A stretch of 64,000 bases of DNA from an uncultured Pelagibacteraceae bacterium (GCA_902597175.1 CACJWN010000003.1:52642-116641), one strand, 5' to 3'. Shown: positions 38,316 through 50,091, counted from the first letter of the stretch. Translations and numbers: made by a program. The notes: generated by a model from the letters alone, not told the origin.

Positions 38316-39629
38316 TTAATTTTTTATTTTTTTTATGATTTTATCTAAGGTCAAAATTTCACTTTTTGAATTTAATTCCTTAAATTCAAAATTATCTTCC
38401 TCGGATTTCGATCCTACTATTATTTGATAAGGAACACCAATCAAGTCATGTTTTTTAAATTTATTTGACATATTTTCATCAACATCATCTAACAATACGT
38501 CAATATTTTGTTTTTTTAATTCCTTATAAATTTTTTCAGCCTTTTCAAAGTTTTTTCTGTTATTTTTACTAATGCTTGGTAGGATTACAATATCGAAAGG
38601 GGAGATGTTTCTAGGCCATTTCATCACATCATTATTATAATTTGCTTCGATAATAGCCCCGACTAATCTTGAAACTCCGATCCCATAAGAACCCATTTTG
38701 ACAGAAGTTTTTTTTCCATCTTTGTCATCAATCAAACAATTCATTGGTTTTGAATATTTATCACTAAAATAAAAAATGTGACCTACTTCTATTCCTTTTG
38801 TAAACATTTGGTTTTCTTTTTTTACTTTTTGATTAAACTCTTCCTCTTTATATTTCTCATCAGTCACCGCATAAATTTTCGTAAAATCTTCTCTCATTTT
38901 TTTAAGAGAGGTATCATTAAATTCATACTGGTTAAGATTGATTTCAAAAATATTTTTATCCGCATAAATTTTACTTTCTCCAGTTTCAGCTAAAATTATA
39001 AATTCGTGAGAAAGATCCCCTCCTATAGGCCCCGTGTCTGCTGACATTGGAATAGCTTTTAAACCTATCCTATTAAAAGTTTTTAAATATGAATAAAACA
39101 TTTTATTATAAGATTTTTTTGCTTCTTCATCCGATAAATCAAAAGAATAGGCATCTTTCATGAAAAATTCTTTACATCGCATCACTCCAAATCTTGGTCT
39201 TATTTCGTCTCTAAATTTCCATTGAATATGGTACAAAATTTGTGGAAGTGATTTATATGACTTAACGCTTGATCTAAATATATCTGTAATTAACTCTTCA
39301 TTAGTTGGGCCATAAAGCATTTCTCTGCCTTGACGATCTTTAATTCTTAGCATTTCCTCTCCATAATCTTCATACCTACCACTTTCTTTCCATATTTCTG
39401 ATGATTGAATAGTTGGCATTAACATTTCTTGAGCACCCACTGCATTTTGCTCTTCTCTTACTATTTGTTCTATTTTTTTCATTACTTTAAACCCCAGAGG
39501 TAGCCAAGAATAAATTCCTGCAGAAGATTGTTTGATCATCCCAGTTCTTAACATAAGTTGATGTGATTTTATTTTTGCCTCTGCTGGAAGATCTTTAGTT
39601 ATAGGTATAAATAATTTTGAGAGATACAT
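38316..39629 (-). CDS. proS: Proline--tRNA ligase (short alphaproteobacterial type)
   Basis: GPTNEE, KFRDE.RPRFG.MR..EF.MKD.YSF, IEVGHIF and MGSYGIG..R motifs. Confidence 0.97.
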   Translation of the reverse strand: MYLSKLFIPITKDLPAEAKIKSHQLMLRTGMIKQSSAGIYSWLPLGFKVMKKIEQIVREEQNAVGAQEMLMPTIQSSEIWKESGRYEDYGEEMLRIKDRQGREMLYGPTNEELITDIFRSSVKSYKSLPQILYHIQWKFRDEIRPRFGVMRCKEFFMKDAYSFDLSDEEAKKSYNKMFYSYLKTFNRIGLKAIPMSADTGPIGGDLSHEFIILAETGESKIYADKNIFEINLNQYEFNDTSLKKMREDFTKIYAVTDEKYKEEEFNQKVKKENQMFTKGIEVGHIFYFSDKYSKPMNCLIDDKDGKKTSVKMGSYGIGVSRLVGAIIEANYNNDVMKWPRNISPFDIVILPSISKNNRKNFEKAEKIYKELKKQNIDVLLDDVDENMSNKFKKHDLIGVPYQIIVGSKSEEDNFEFKELNSKSEILTLDKIIKKIKN

Positions 39630-39883
39630 TATTCTAATAATTCTCGTAAATTTAATAAATCAATATTTACAAGATAATATATGACAAAAAAAATTATAGT
39701 AGTAATAAGTGTAGTTATCAAAAATTTTTTTCCAATTTTAGGATTTTTTGGAGCTCCTGGATCCATTCCTCCAATTTTTTCCTTAAAAACTTCTTTATTT
39801 GACTCAATCCCTATTGGTAGTACAGAAAAAAAAATTATCCACCATATCATCACATAAACTATTATAGAGCCAGTTATTCCCAT
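39629..39883 (-). CDS. DUF1467 family membrane protein
   Basis: WW..FF.VLP.G and G.DPGAP..P motifs; conserved position upstream of proS. Confidence 0.85.
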   Translation of the reverse strand: MGITGSIIVYVMIWWIIFFSVLPIGIESNKEVFKEKIGGMDPGAPKNPKIGKKFLITTLITTIIFFVIYYLVNIDLLNLRELLE

Positions 39884-41550
39884 TAAATTCGTGCAATATT
39901 AATATTTGTAAAGGGTTTTTTTCCAGTTTTTTCTCTTACAATTCTTCTGCAATTTTGTTTAAGAGTTTCAATTAAGTTGTCTTGCTGTTTTTTATTATCC
40001 AAAGAAAACGTTCTACAAATTGTCATTATTTCATCTTCAATATCAAAAATAAATGTATCATCTTCATTTTTCTCAGGAATACCCTTGTAGGAAATAACAG
40101 GTTTCTTTACACGTCCATTATTTGATATAATTAAAGTAATTTCTAAATATCCGTTTGCTGATAAGTTTTTTCTATCTTTTATTGATTTAGAGTCTGTATC
40201 AACGTTAATGTTACCATCAAGGTAAACTTTTCCTGATGGGGCCTTATCAATTATTTTAGGTTTGTTTCCAGGTAGAATTTTAATTATGTCTCCATTTTCA
40301 ATTAGTAAGCTTTTTGGAACCTGCATTTCTTTTGCAAATGTAACGTGTTCAGCCATATGACGATGTTCTCCGTGAACGGGTATAACGCACTGTGGCTTCA
40401 CCCAATTGTACATGTCCTTAAGATCATCTCTATTTGGATGTCCGGAAACATGTACAAAAGCGTTCTCTTCACTGATCATTTCCATCTTATTTTTTACTAT
40501 CAAATTTTGCAAATAATATAATTTTTTTTCATTACCTGGTATAATTTTAGATGAAAAAATTACGCAGTCTCCACTTTCTAAATACACATCTGGGTGAGTA
40601 CCATTTATTATTCTAGTCATTGCTCCCATTGGTTCCCCTTGACTGCCAGTAGCTAAATACAAGATTTTATTTTTTACTACTTTTTTTGCGTCCTTAGGGT
40701 CTAAGGGTTCAATCACACCTTGAAGATAACCACATTTTCTTGCTGCCTTGTAAATTCTCTGCATAGACCTACCAACTAAACAGATATTTCTTCCTGTTTT
40801 TTTTGCACAATAGAAAATGGACTCCATTCTTGCTACATTTGATGCAAAAGAGGTAACAAGAATTCTGTTTGTCTTTAATTCCATAATTCTTAAAAGACTA
40901 TCTCTAACATCAGACTCTGAGCCTGCTCTACCTGGACTAAAAATATTTGTAGAATCGCAAATCATTGCTGATACACCACTTTCCCCTATAGATTTAAGTT
41001 TTTGTTCATCAATTTGACTACCAATCAATGGATTTGGGTCAATTTTCCAATCTCCAGTATGTAAAACTGTTCCAAGAGGAGTTTTTATGCTTAAACCATT
41101 AGGCTCAAGAATAGAGTGTGTCAGTGTAACAAAATCGATCTCAAACTCTCCAAGTTTAATTTTGCTATTTAACGGTACTATTTCAAGGAAAGAAGAAATA
41201 TCAATTTTTTTTTCTTTAAACTTTTCAAGTATAAGAGCTGCAGTAAAAGGTGTAGCATACATTTTACATCTAAGATCAGGCCATATATGTGCAACAGCTC
41301 CTATGTGATCCTCGTGAGCGTGTGTAAGAACAATCCCTAATAAGTCGTCTTTCTTATCAATAATAAAACCTGCATCAGGCATTATTAAATCAATTCCTGG
41401 CACAGACTCATCAGCGAAAGATACGCCCATATCTACTATTATCCATTTTTGATCTTCTTCTTTTCCATAGGCGTATAAATTCATATTCCCACCTATTTCA
41501 CCTGACCCACCTAAAGGACAAAAAAGTAATTCTTCTATTTCTTTACTCAT
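39883..41550 (-). CDS. rnj: Ribonuclease J
   Basis: LGG.GEIG.N, THAHEDHIG, HTGDWK.D, TGSQGE, HVSGH and PVHGE motifs. Confidence 0.95.
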   Translation of the reverse strand: MSKEIEELLFCPLGGSGEIGGNMNLYAYGKEEDQKWIIVDMGVSFADESVPGIDLIMPDAGFIIDKKDDLLGIVLTHAHEDHIGAVAHIWPDLRCKMYATPFTAALILEKFKEKKIDISSFLEIVPLNSKIKLGEFEIDFVTLTHSILEPNGLSIKTPLGTVLHTGDWKIDPNPLIGSQIDEQKLKSIGESGVSAMICDSTNIFSPGRAGSESDVRDSLLRIMELKTNRILVTSFASNVARMESIFYCAKKTGRNICLVGRSMQRIYKAARKCGYLQGVIEPLDPKDAKKVVKNKILYLATGSQGEPMGAMTRIINGTHPDVYLESGDCVIFSSKIIPGNEKKLYYLQNLIVKNKMEMISEENAFVHVSGHPNRDDLKDMYNWVKPQCVIPVHGEHRHMAEHVTFAKEMQVPKSLLIENGDIIKILPGNKPKIIDKAPSGKVYLDGNINVDTDSKSIKDRKNLSANGYLEITLIISNNGRVKKPVISYKGIPEKNEDDTFIFDIEDEIMTICRTFSLDNKKQQDNLIETLKQNCRRIVREKTGKKPFTNINIARI

Positions 41551-42290
41551 AAAAATTCTCTGTACACTCGAGATGCTCCTTTGATTGTAATATCTTGATC
41601 AATAATACTTTTTTTTTTTATAATTTTTTTAAACAAATTAGCATAACCTCCTGTAAGAATTATTTTATAGTTCATTTTCCAATTTTTTGTTATTTTATTA
41701 ATTATATTATTTATCAAACCATCATAACCCCAAATAAAACCTGCGTTTAAAGCATCTATTGTATTTTTTCCATAACTCTTTTGTATATTTTTCAGGTCAA
41801 ACATTGGAAGTAAGGCTGTAGATTGACTTAAATTTTTAATAGATGATTTTACCCCAGGAGCTATAACACCGCCCTCATATACCCCATTCTTGACAATGTC
41901 AAAGGTTGTAGCAGTTCCAAAATCAATTATTAAACAATTTCTAAATTTTTTTCCTTCAATAGAATTTACAATTCTATCTGATCCTAATTGTTTTATATTT
42001 TTGATATTTATTTTTATTATTTTTTTCAAATTAAATTTTTTAATTTCATAAATTGTAAAATTTGAGGTTTTGAAATTTTTTTTTATTTTTTTGAATGCTA
42101 GTGGAACAACAGACGAAAATAATATTTCTTTTTTTAGTTTTTTATGAAAAAATTTATTCAAAATTTTTTTAATATAACCTTTCAAAAAAATATTTTTAGT
42201 ATCAAAAATGATAGATTTCAAAATTTTTGATTTATTTAATAAACAAATTCTTGTTGAGGTGTTTCCAATATCTCCAATAATATAATACAT
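41547..42290 (-). CDS. coaX: Type III pantothenate kinase
   Basis: D.GNT, SSVVP, G.DR, D.GTATT.D, GG.I.PG and TGG motifs. Confidence 0.93.
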   Translation of the reverse strand: MYYIIGDIGNTSTRICLLNKSKILKSIIFDTKNIFLKGYIKKILNKFFHKKLKKEILFSSVVPLAFKKIKKNFKTSNFTIYEIKKFNLKKIIKINIKNIKQLGSDRIVNSIEGKKFRNCLIIDFGTATTFDIVKNGVYEGGVIAPGVKSSIKNLSQSTALLPMFDLKNIQKSYGKNTIDALNAGFIWGYDGLINNIINKITKNWKMNYKIILTGGYANLFKKIIKKKSIIDQDITIKGASRVYREFL

Positions 42291-42295
42291 TTCAA

Positions 42296-42859
42296 TTATT
42301 TATATTTCATCTTTAGATCTGAAAATGATAACTTATTTTTTTCACCAAGAAATTTTTCATATGCGATAACAATTTTTTTTAAAATTTTTTGATTATCGAT
42401 TTTTTTATTTAATATATTTTTTAAACATGTTGATTTAAAGCTTTTGTTTTGTGGAACTGTATTAGTATTTAACCCTATTCCAACTATTAGATAATCAAAG
42501 TTATTAAACTTAATAACTTCTTGTAATATTCCGCAAAATTTTAGTCTATTAAATAATAAATCATTAGGCCATTTAATTTTAATTTTTTTTGAAATTACTT
42601 TGGAAATCACTTTCTTGAGTAAGAATGCATTAAGAACTGCAAATTGTTTAAAATTAATTCTTTTTTGATCAAATTTAAAAAATAAAGTTATAAAGAGATT
42701 ACCTTTTAAAGAAATCCATTTTTTTCCAATTCTACCTCTTCCGTTAGTTTGTTTCTTAGTGGTAATTAATGTTGGTTCTAAAATATTTCTTTTAATAAGT
42801 TTCATTGCAACATCATTAGTGCTTTTAACTTTTTTATAATTTTTTATTTTAATCTTCAT
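42296..42859 (-). CDS. birA: Biotin--protein ligase, minimal (no HTH)
   Basis: STN, QT.GRGR..W.S, KWPND, K..GIL.E and G.G.N motifs. Confidence 0.93.
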   Translation of the reverse strand: MKIKIKNYKKVKSTNDVAMKLIKRNILEPTLITTKKQTNGRGRIGKKWISLKGNLFITLFFKFDQKRINFKQFAVLNAFLLKKVISKVISKKIKIKWPNDLLFNRLKFCGILQEVIKFNNFDYLIVGIGLNTNTVPQNKSFKSTCLKNILNKKIDNQKILKKIVIAYEKFLGEKNKLSFSDLKMKYK

Positions 42860-44274
42860 TAATTAATGAATAATGTATTTACTATATTGTTCAAAACGGA
42901 GGGATATAAAAAAAATGTAACTAAAATTATACAACTGGTAAATATAGATATTTGTGCAGTTCTATTTTTTGAAGGTTCAAAAGTAATACCACTATCATCA
43001 AAATAAATAGTTTTTATAATTTTAAGATAGTAAAATGCTGACATCACTGTTGTTAATAATCCGATAATTGCTAATGCATACATTTCTTTTTCCAATACAG
43101 ATACAAAAACATAAAATTTTGCGAAAAATCCTCCTAAAGGTGGTACACCTGCTAAAGAAAATAAAATAATCAACAATGAAATAGCTAGTAAAGGATTTTT
43201 TTTTGAAATTCCAGATAGATCAGAAATATTCTCTTTATATTGTCCATCTTTCTTTAATAAGTAAAGACAAGAGAATGCTCCGATATTCATAATTACGTAG
43301 ATTGATATATATACTATTGCACTTTGATAACCTGATACCGCACCAGTAGCAACACCTGCAAGGGCATAACCAATATGACCTATCGAGCTGTAAGCTAGGA
43401 GTCTTTTAAAATTTTTTTGTACCATTGCTGCGACGGCTCCTAAAATCATAGACGCAATTGAAATAAAAATAATAATTGTTTGCCACTCTAAAAGTATTTT
43501 TGAAAAAGGAATAAACATAAATTTTATTAATAAGGCTAAACCAGCAACCTTTGGTACAACTGCAAAATAACTTGTTATTGAGGTTGGTGCGCCTTCATAA
43601 ACATCTGGAGTCCACATATGAAATGGAACCGCAGAAACTTTAAACGCCAGTCCAACTAAAATAAATACCATCGCGAATACTGCACCTGTATTTTCTTTAT
43701 TTAATTGACTCGCTATTAATTCAAAATTTGTAGAGCCAGTAAATCCATAAAGCAATGAGCATCCATATAATAATAAACCTGAGGACAACGCACTTAGTAC
43801 AAAATATTTTATTCCAGACTCTGTTGACCTCAAGTTGTCTCTATCAATAGATGCAAGGATATATAATGATAGAGATTGCAACTCTAATCCTAAATAAAAG
43901 AGAATTAGATCATTTGAACTTACCATGAAAAACATCCCTAAAATTGATAACAAAATAATTATAGGGTATTCAAATTTGTCTAATTTATTATCTACAATAA
44001 AAATTTTGGATGAGTTAAGAACAAATAATGAAGAAACGAGTATCAAAATTTTAAAATAGTTTGAAAATGCATCTCTTGTAAAACTATCTAGAAATATTTT
44101 TTCTTCATTATTAGGATTTGTTAAAATTATTGTAATAGTAGCAATAATTATAAGAGAAGTAAGATTAAATATTAAATTAAAACTTTTTTTAATAAAAACA
44201 CCAATCATTAAAACAGAAAAAATTGATAAAGATAAAAAGATCTCAGGAAGCATTATGTTTATATTATTCATCAT
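42859..44274 (-). CDS. nuoN: NADH-quinone oxidoreductase subunit N
   Basis: FK....PFH.W.PDVY.GAP, KR.LAYSSI.H.G and SLAG.PP..GF..K motifs. Confidence 0.97.
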   Translation of the reverse strand: MMNNINIMLPEIFLSLSIFSVLMIGVFIKKSFNLIFNLTSLIIIATITIILTNPNNEEKIFLDSFTRDAFSNYFKILILVSSLFVLNSSKIFIVDNKLDKFEYPIIILLSILGMFFMVSSNDLILFYLGLELQSLSLYILASIDRDNLRSTESGIKYFVLSALSSGLLLYGCSLLYGFTGSTNFELIASQLNKENTGAVFAMVFILVGLAFKVSAVPFHMWTPDVYEGAPTSITSYFAVVPKVAGLALLIKFMFIPFSKILLEWQTIIIFISIASMILGAVAAMVQKNFKRLLAYSSIGHIGYALAGVATGAVSGYQSAIVYISIYVIMNIGAFSCLYLLKKDGQYKENISDLSGISKKNPLLAISLLIILFSLAGVPPLGGFFAKFYVFVSVLEKEMYALAIIGLLTTVMSAFYYLKIIKTIYFDDSGITFEPSKNRTAQISIFTSCIILVTFFLYPSVLNNIVNTLFIN

Positions 44275-44276
44275 AA

Positions 44277-45755
44277 TTAATTTGAAATTACTGCTGTGTC
44301 ATAATTATCAATTAAGCTATTAACTGAAACGCTAAAAGTTTCCATCAATGGAAGCGGATAAAAACCAAAAAAAAGTATAAAGAATGCTAAAGTGGCTAAC
44401 ATTATAATTTCAGATTTGTTCACATCGTTAAATTTCTTCACTTCTGAATTATTTGTTGCTCCAAAAATAACTCTTTTTGTTAGCCAAAGCATGTAAGCAG
44501 CTCCTAGGACTACTCCAAATGTAGCTAACATAGCAGCTAAATAACTTTTTTGAAATGCTCCAGTTAATACAAGAAACTCACCCAAAAATCCTGAAGTTCC
44601 AGGCAAACCTAGCGCTGCTAGTGCAAAAATTAAAAATAGAAAAGAGTATTTAGGAATATAATTAACTAGCCCACCATAAGCACTAATCATTCTAGAATGT
44701 AACCTATCATAAACAACTCCTACACATAAGAAAAGTGCTGCTGAAATTAAACCATGGCTAATCATTTGATAAATACTTCCTTCTATACCTTGTTTTGTAA
44801 GTGTAAAAATTCCTAAAGTTACATAACCCATATGAGCTACAGATGAATATGCTATTAATTTTTTCATATCATCCTGCATAAGCGCGACTAAAGATGTGTA
44901 AATAATTGCAATGATACTTAAAGTGTAAATAAGTGGAGTAAAATATTCTGAGGCTATAGGGAACATAGGTATAGAAAATCTTAAAAAACCGTAACCAGCC
45001 ATTTTTAATAGAATCGCAGCAAGAATAACAGAGCCAGCTGTAGGTGCTTCCACGTGAGCATCTGGTAGCCAAGTATGAACCGGCCACATTGGCATTTTCA
45101 CTGCGAAAGAACTAAAGAAAGCTAGCCAAAGTAGATTTTGATATTCTTTTGGTATTTTTATTTCGTAGATTTGGGTAATGTCAGTAGTTCCAGTGAGCCA
45201 ATAAATAACTATTATAGCTACAAGCATTAAAACTGAGCCAAGTAAAGTAAATAAAAAAAACTTAAAAGCAGAGTAAACTCGTCTAGGCCCGCCCCAAACT
45301 CCAATTATCAAAAACATTGGTATTAATCCTGCCTCAAAAAACAAATAAAAAATTACTAAATCAAGCGAACAGAATACGCCGATCATAAAGGTTTCTAATA
45401 CTAAAATAGCTATTAAAAATTCTTTGACTCTAATCTTAATGCTATTTACGCATGAAATTATACAAATTGGAGTAATAAATGTTGTTAAAACTATAAAAAG
45501 TATTGATATACCATCAACTCCCAATTTAAACTTGATAAAATTATTAATCCAAGATTTTTCCTCTACAAATTGAAATTCAGAAGTGTTTAAATCCAAAGAA
45601 TACCACAAGAATAAGGACAATAAAAAAGTGGCAAAACTACTAAACAAAGAGATATAAATTGAACTATTATTTGAAGTCCTGTCTTTAGACAATAAAATAA
45701 AAAAAGAACTTATTAAAGGTAAAAAAATTAAAGTTGATAAAATTGGAAAACTCAT
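44277..45755 (-). CDS. nuoM: NADH-quinone oxidoreductase subunit M
   Basis: K.P..P.HTWLP.AH.EAP and AYSS..HMG motifs. Confidence 0.97.
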   Translation of the reverse strand: MSFPILSTLIFLPLISSFFILLSKDRTSNNSSIYISLFSSFATFLLSLFLWYSLDLNTSEFQFVEEKSWINNFIKFKLGVDGISILFIVLTTFITPICIISCVNSIKIRVKEFLIAILVLETFMIGVFCSLDLVIFYLFFEAGLIPMFLIIGVWGGPRRVYSAFKFFLFTLLGSVLMLVAIIVIYWLTGTTDITQIYEIKIPKEYQNLLWLAFFSSFAVKMPMWPVHTWLPDAHVEAPTAGSVILAAILLKMAGYGFLRFSIPMFPIASEYFTPLIYTLSIIAIIYTSLVALMQDDMKKLIAYSSVAHMGYVTLGIFTLTKQGIEGSIYQMISHGLISAALFLCVGVVYDRLHSRMISAYGGLVNYIPKYSFLFLIFALAALGLPGTSGFLGEFLVLTGAFQKSYLAAMLATFGVVLGAAYMLWLTKRVIFGATNNSEVKKFNDVNKSEIIMLATLAFFILFFGFYPLPLMETFSVSVNSLIDNYDTAVISN

Positions 45756-45756
45756 T

Positions 45757-47664
45757 TTATTTTAAAATTAAATAAGTTAATAAAATTGATAAACCTAAAA
45801 GCATGACAAATGCATAATCGTATATAAAACCTGTTTGAAGTTTTCCTGTTTTATTAGAAATAATTTTAACTATTTTTGAAATACCATCAGGACCAAATCT
45901 GTCAATTATACCTATATCTCCTTTTTTCCAAAAAAGGGAACCTAATTTTTTAGATGGATTAACAAAGGTTTTGTCATAAAACTCATCAATGTACCACTTA
46001 TTAAGTAAAAAATTATATAAGGGTAAATTAGTATTTTTAAACTCCTCTAAAATTTTTGGTTTCAAAATATATAGATAAAATGAAATTGGAATTGATATTA
46101 AAACTAAGATTGGAGTAATTAATAAAAACCACAATGGTATAACATCGTGTTTTATTTCATTTAAGAAAAAGATTGAGCTTTGCCAAAATTCATTGCTATC
46201 ATGTCCAATAAAAATACTTTTAAAAAAATAACCTGAAAATACTGCTCCAACACTCAAAAATACAAGTGGTGTCAACATCACTATAGGTGACTCGTGAGTT
46301 TCATTAATTGGAATTTTTTTATTATTATAAGATCCATGGAAAGTTTTAAAAAATAATCTCCAAGAATAAATTGAGGTTAAAAATGCTGTGAGTATGCCGA
46401 CCGTGGCTGCATAATTTCCTAAAGAAGATTTTTTAAGGTAAGCAAATTCTATTATTGCATCTTTTGAGTAGAATCCTGAAAGAAACGGAAATCCAGTTAA
46501 AGCTAAAGTACCTAACAACATGAAAATGTATGTATATGGTAGCTTTTTCCTTACACCGCCCATATTTCTGATATCTTGCTCATCCTTAAATGCGTGTATT
46601 ACTGAACCAGCACCCAAGAATAATAGTGCTTTAAAGAAAGCGTGTGTAAATAAATGAAACATTGCAACATGATAAGCGCCAACTCCTGCAGCAAAAAACA
46701 TGTAACCTAATTGACTACATGTTGAGTAGGCTACAATTTTTTTTATGTCGTTTTGTACAAGTGCAACTGATGCAGCAAATAGTGCTGTGATCATCCCTAC
46801 CACAGCAACTAGATTCAAAGCAAATTGAGAAAATTCAAAAATTGGAGAACATCTGACAACTAAAAATACACCTGCAGTTACCATTGTTGCAGCGTGAATC
46901 AAAGCTGATACTGGTGTTGGCCCCTCCATCGCATCTGGTAACCAAGTATGCAACAAAAATTGTGCAGATTTTCCCATTGCTCCAATAAAAAGGAATACAC
47001 ATATTATTGTTATTAAATTTAATTCAAAACCAAGAAAATCTATTTTTTTTTCTACAAACTGACTTGAAGCTTGAAAAGTTTCCTCAAAATTAATTGTTCC
47101 AAAAAAGAAAAAAATTAAAAATATTGCAATGGCAAGACCAAAGTCTCCTATTCTATTAACTATAAAAGCTTTGATAGCTGCGTTGTTTGCAGTTTCTTTT
47201 TTATACCAAAAACCTATTAGGAGATAAGAACATAAACCGACACCTTCCCATCCAAAAAAAAGTTGTAAAAAATTGTCTGAAACAACTAAAGCAAGCATTG
47301 AAAAAGTGAATAATGACAAATAAGACATAAATCTTGGTTTGTGAGGATCGTGGCTCATATAACCAATAGAGTAAATATGTACAAGTGCAGATACAAAAGT
47401 TACAACTACTAACATGACTGAACTTAAAGGATCTATATTAATCGACCAGTTAGCAATAAAATTACCAGAGCTGATCCATTCAAAAATTATATAGTTTCCA
47501 TAAATATCATTTTGAATTCCGTTCCAAAAAACAAAAACTGATAGGACAGCTGAGACGCTAACAAATAAACTTGTAGAGACCTCAGCGAAATATTTTGTAA
47601 GTGATTTACCTAGATAACCAATTAAAGATCCTACTAATGGTAAAAATAATATCGCGTATTCCAT
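45757..47664 (-). CDS. nuoL: NADH-quinone oxidoreductase subunit L
   Basis: GKSAQ..LH.WLPDAM.GPTPVSALIHAATMV motif. Confidence 0.97.
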   Translation of the reverse strand: MEYAILFLPLVGSLIGYLGKSLTKYFAEVSTSLFVSVSAVLSVFVFWNGIQNDIYGNYIIFEWISSGNFIANWSINIDPLSSVMLVVVTFVSALVHIYSIGYMSHDPHKPRFMSYLSLFTFSMLALVVSDNFLQLFFGWEGVGLCSYLLIGFWYKKETANNAAIKAFIVNRIGDFGLAIAIFLIFFFFGTINFEETFQASSQFVEKKIDFLGFELNLITIICVFLFIGAMGKSAQFLLHTWLPDAMEGPTPVSALIHAATMVTAGVFLVVRCSPIFEFSQFALNLVAVVGMITALFAASVALVQNDIKKIVAYSTCSQLGYMFFAAGVGAYHVAMFHLFTHAFFKALLFLGAGSVIHAFKDEQDIRNMGGVRKKLPYTYIFMLLGTLALTGFPFLSGFYSKDAIIEFAYLKKSSLGNYAATVGILTAFLTSIYSWRLFFKTFHGSYNNKKIPINETHESPIVMLTPLVFLSVGAVFSGYFFKSIFIGHDSNEFWQSSIFFLNEIKHDVIPLWFLLITPILVLISIPISFYLYILKPKILEEFKNTNLPLYNFLLNKWYIDEFYDKTFVNPSKKLGSLFWKKGDIGIIDRFGPDGISKIVKIISNKTGKLQTGFIYDYAFVMLLGLSILLTYLILK

Positions 47665-47667
47665 TTA

Positions 47668-47979
47668 TTATCCTTTCATACCATGGATGTCTTCAACTCT
47701 AATGGATCCTCTGTTCCTATAATAAATTACTATAATAGCGAGACCGATAGCTGCCTCAGCTGCTGCGACCGTTAGAATTAGCATTGTGAAAATTTGACCA
47801 ACAATATCACCAGAAAAAATTGAAAATGATATTAAATTAATATTGACTGCCAATAAAATAAGCTCGATTGACATTAATATTACTATGACATTTTTTCTAT
47901 TTAAAAAAATTCCTATTACTCCCAAGAAAAAAATTATAGCACCTAATGATAAATAATGTCCTAAACCTATCTCAATCAT
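47668..47979 (-). CDS. nuoK: NADH-quinone oxidoreductase subunit K
   Basis: MSIEL and [11 protein letters not shown] motifs. Confidence 0.97.
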   Translation of the reverse strand: MIEIGLGHYLSLGAIIFFLGVIGIFLNRKNVIVILMSIELILLAVNINLISFSIFSGDIVGQIFTMLILTVAAAEAAIGLAIIVIYYRNRGSIRVEDIHGMKG

Positions 47980-48598
47980 CTACCTTCACTCCTTGATTTG
48001 ATTTTGCTTCTACAAGTTCTATTGAACTAGATGGATTTCTAGAAATCTGGTTTATGTAACTTTGTTTTTTTACACCTACTCTTTCCCTAAATGTAAGAAG
48101 AATAGCCCCAATCATAGCTAAAAGCAGTACAACGCCAGCTAACTGAAAATATAAAATATAATCAGTATACATAACTAGACCTAATTGATGAGTGTTTGAA
48201 ACATTTGATAAAATTAATTTACTGCTGGACATTAAATCTTCCTTATATTTCCATCCTCCTACTACAACTAATAATTCTAATAAAATTAAGACACTCACAA
48301 TTAATCCAGTGGGAATATGAGTTGATTTTTTACCGATAAACCATGATTGTTTTTGCTCTGCAACGTTCAGCATCATCACAACGAATAAAAATAGCACTGC
48401 TACTGCTCCTACATAAACTATTAATAATATCATCCCTAAAAATTCAGCTCCGACCATAATAAATAGGCAGCCAACTGAGATAAAATCTAATATTAAAAAG
48501 AAAACTGAATTTATTGTACTTCTTGAAGTAATTACCATTAAGGACGAAAAAATAGCAATTACCGAAAAAAAATAAAAAAAAATAGAATGAACTATCAT
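47972..48598 (-). CDS. nuoJ: NADH-quinone oxidoreductase subunit J
   Basis: AEF and [17 protein letters not shown] motifs. Confidence 0.96.
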   Translation of the reverse strand: MIVHSIFFYFFSVIAIFSSLMVITSRSTINSVFFLILDFISVGCLFIMVGAEFLGMILLIVYVGAVAVLFLFVVMMLNVAEQKQSWFIGKKSTHIPTGLIVSVLILLELLVVVGGWKYKEDLMSSSKLILSNVSNTHQLGLVMYTDYILYFQLAGVVLLLAMIGAILLTFRERVGVKKQSYINQISRNPSSSIELVEAKSNQGVKVDD

Positions 48599-49084
48599 CT
48601 ATCTATATGGTTTATCCATCTTTATGTTTTTAGCCAAAACTGACTCCCACCTATCACCATTCTGTAAGAGTTTTTCTTTGTTATAATAAAGCTCTTCTCT
48701 AGTCTCAGTAGCAAACTCAAAGTTTGGTCCTTGCACGATTGCGTCTACTGGACAAGACTCTTGGCAAAGACCACAATAAATGCATTTAAGCATATCAATG
48801 TCATATCGCGTTGTTTTCCTACTACCATCTGATCTTTCAGACGACTCAATAGTGATTGCTTGAGCTGGACATACCGCTTCGCAAAGTTTGCATGCTATAC
48901 ATCTCTCTTCACCATTGGGATATCTTCTTAGAGCATGCTCACCTCTCATACGAGGGCTGATCGGTCCTTTTTCAAAAGGATAATTTATTGTTTTCGACTT
49001 TCTGAAAAGTTCTTTTATTGCCATGTATAATCCAGCAATAAATTCAACAAGAAATATGGTTTTTAAAAGCCTACTAAAATTCAT
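48599..49084 (-). CDS. nuoI: NADH-quinone oxidoreductase subunit I
   Basis: Two 4Fe-4S motifs, CIACKLC..CP and CIYCG.C.E.CP. Confidence 0.98.
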   Translation of the reverse strand: MNFSRLLKTIFLVEFIAGLYMAIKELFRKSKTINYPFEKGPISPRMRGEHALRRYPNGEERCIACKLCEAVCPAQAITIESSERSDGSRKTTRYDIDMLKCIYCGLCQESCPVDAIVQGPNFEFATETREELYYNKEKLLQNGDRWESVLAKNIKMDKPYR

Positions 49085-50091
49085 TAGATGCTCACCTTAG
49101 GTAGTTTATCAAAATAAAATAAAAAACTTGCGGTTAGTACAAGATAAATTAATGAAAATGGTAAAAATATTTTCCAACCAAGTCTCATGAGTTGGTCATA
49201 TCTGTATCGCGGTACAATAGCTTTTATTAATGCAAATAATAAGAATAAAAATAATATTTTTAATATCATCCAGAGTGGTGCAGGGATTACGTTAAGAGGA
49301 TAGACATCCATAATTGGAAGCCATCCGCCAAGGAATAGAATTGAGCCCATCGCACACATTAAAAGAATATTTGCATACTCTCCAAGCCAAAACATTGCAT
49401 ACATCATACCAGAGTATTCTGTCTGATAACCCGCAACTAACTCTGCCTCAGCTTCAGGTAGATCAAAAGGGGGTCTGTTCGTTTCAGCGAGCGCAGAAAT
49501 AAAAAAAATTACAAACATAGGAAAAAGAGGTATTACATACCATAACTCTTTTTGTGCGATGACGATTTCGTTTAAATTTAAAGATCCAACACATAACAAA
49601 ACATTAATGATAATAATTCCAATAGAAACTTCATAGGAAACCATTTGAGCAGCTGATCTAATTGCTCCTAAAAAAGGGTATTTTGAATTAGATGCCCACC
49701 CTCCCATAATAATACCGTAAACACCCAAAGACGAAACAGCAAATAAATATAGAATTCCTACATTTATATCTGCTAAAACTAAATTTTCACTCATTGGGAT
49801 CACAGCCCATGCTACTAAAGCTAAAGTCATAGTTACAATTGGAGCAAGAATAAAAACTACTTTATTCGCACTAGCAGGAATTATGATCTCTTTAAAAATA
49901 TACTTTAATGCGTCAGCTAAAGTTTGTAAAAGTCCAAAGGGACCAACAACATTAGGTCCTCTTCTTTTTTGTACTAAACCCCATACTCTTCTATCTAACC
50001 AAACTATCATTGCAACAGATACAAGTATTGGAACAAGTAAAAAAATAATTTTATAAATCTCTTGTCCTAAAATTTGTAAGTACTCAATCAT
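49084..50091 (-). CDS. nuoH: NADH-quinone oxidoreductase subunit H
   Basis: R.GPN.VG..G..Q..AD and AE.NR.PFDL.EAE.ELV.G motifs. Confidence 0.98.
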   Translation of the reverse strand: MIEYLQILGQEIYKIIFLLVPILVSVAMIVWLDRRVWGLVQKRRGPNVVGPFGLLQTLADALKYIFKEIIIPASANKVVFILAPIVTMTLALVAWAVIPMSENLVLADINVGILYLFAVSSLGVYGIIMGGWASNSKYPFLGAIRSAAQMVSYEVSIGIIIINVLLCVGSLNLNEIVIAQKELWYVIPLFPMFVIFFISALAETNRPPFDLPEAEAELVAGYQTEYSGMMYAMFWLGEYANILLMCAMGSILFLGGWLPIMDVYPLNVIPAPLWMILKILFLFLLFALIKAIVPRYRYDQLMRLGWKIFLPFSLIYLVLTASFLFYFDKLPKVSI

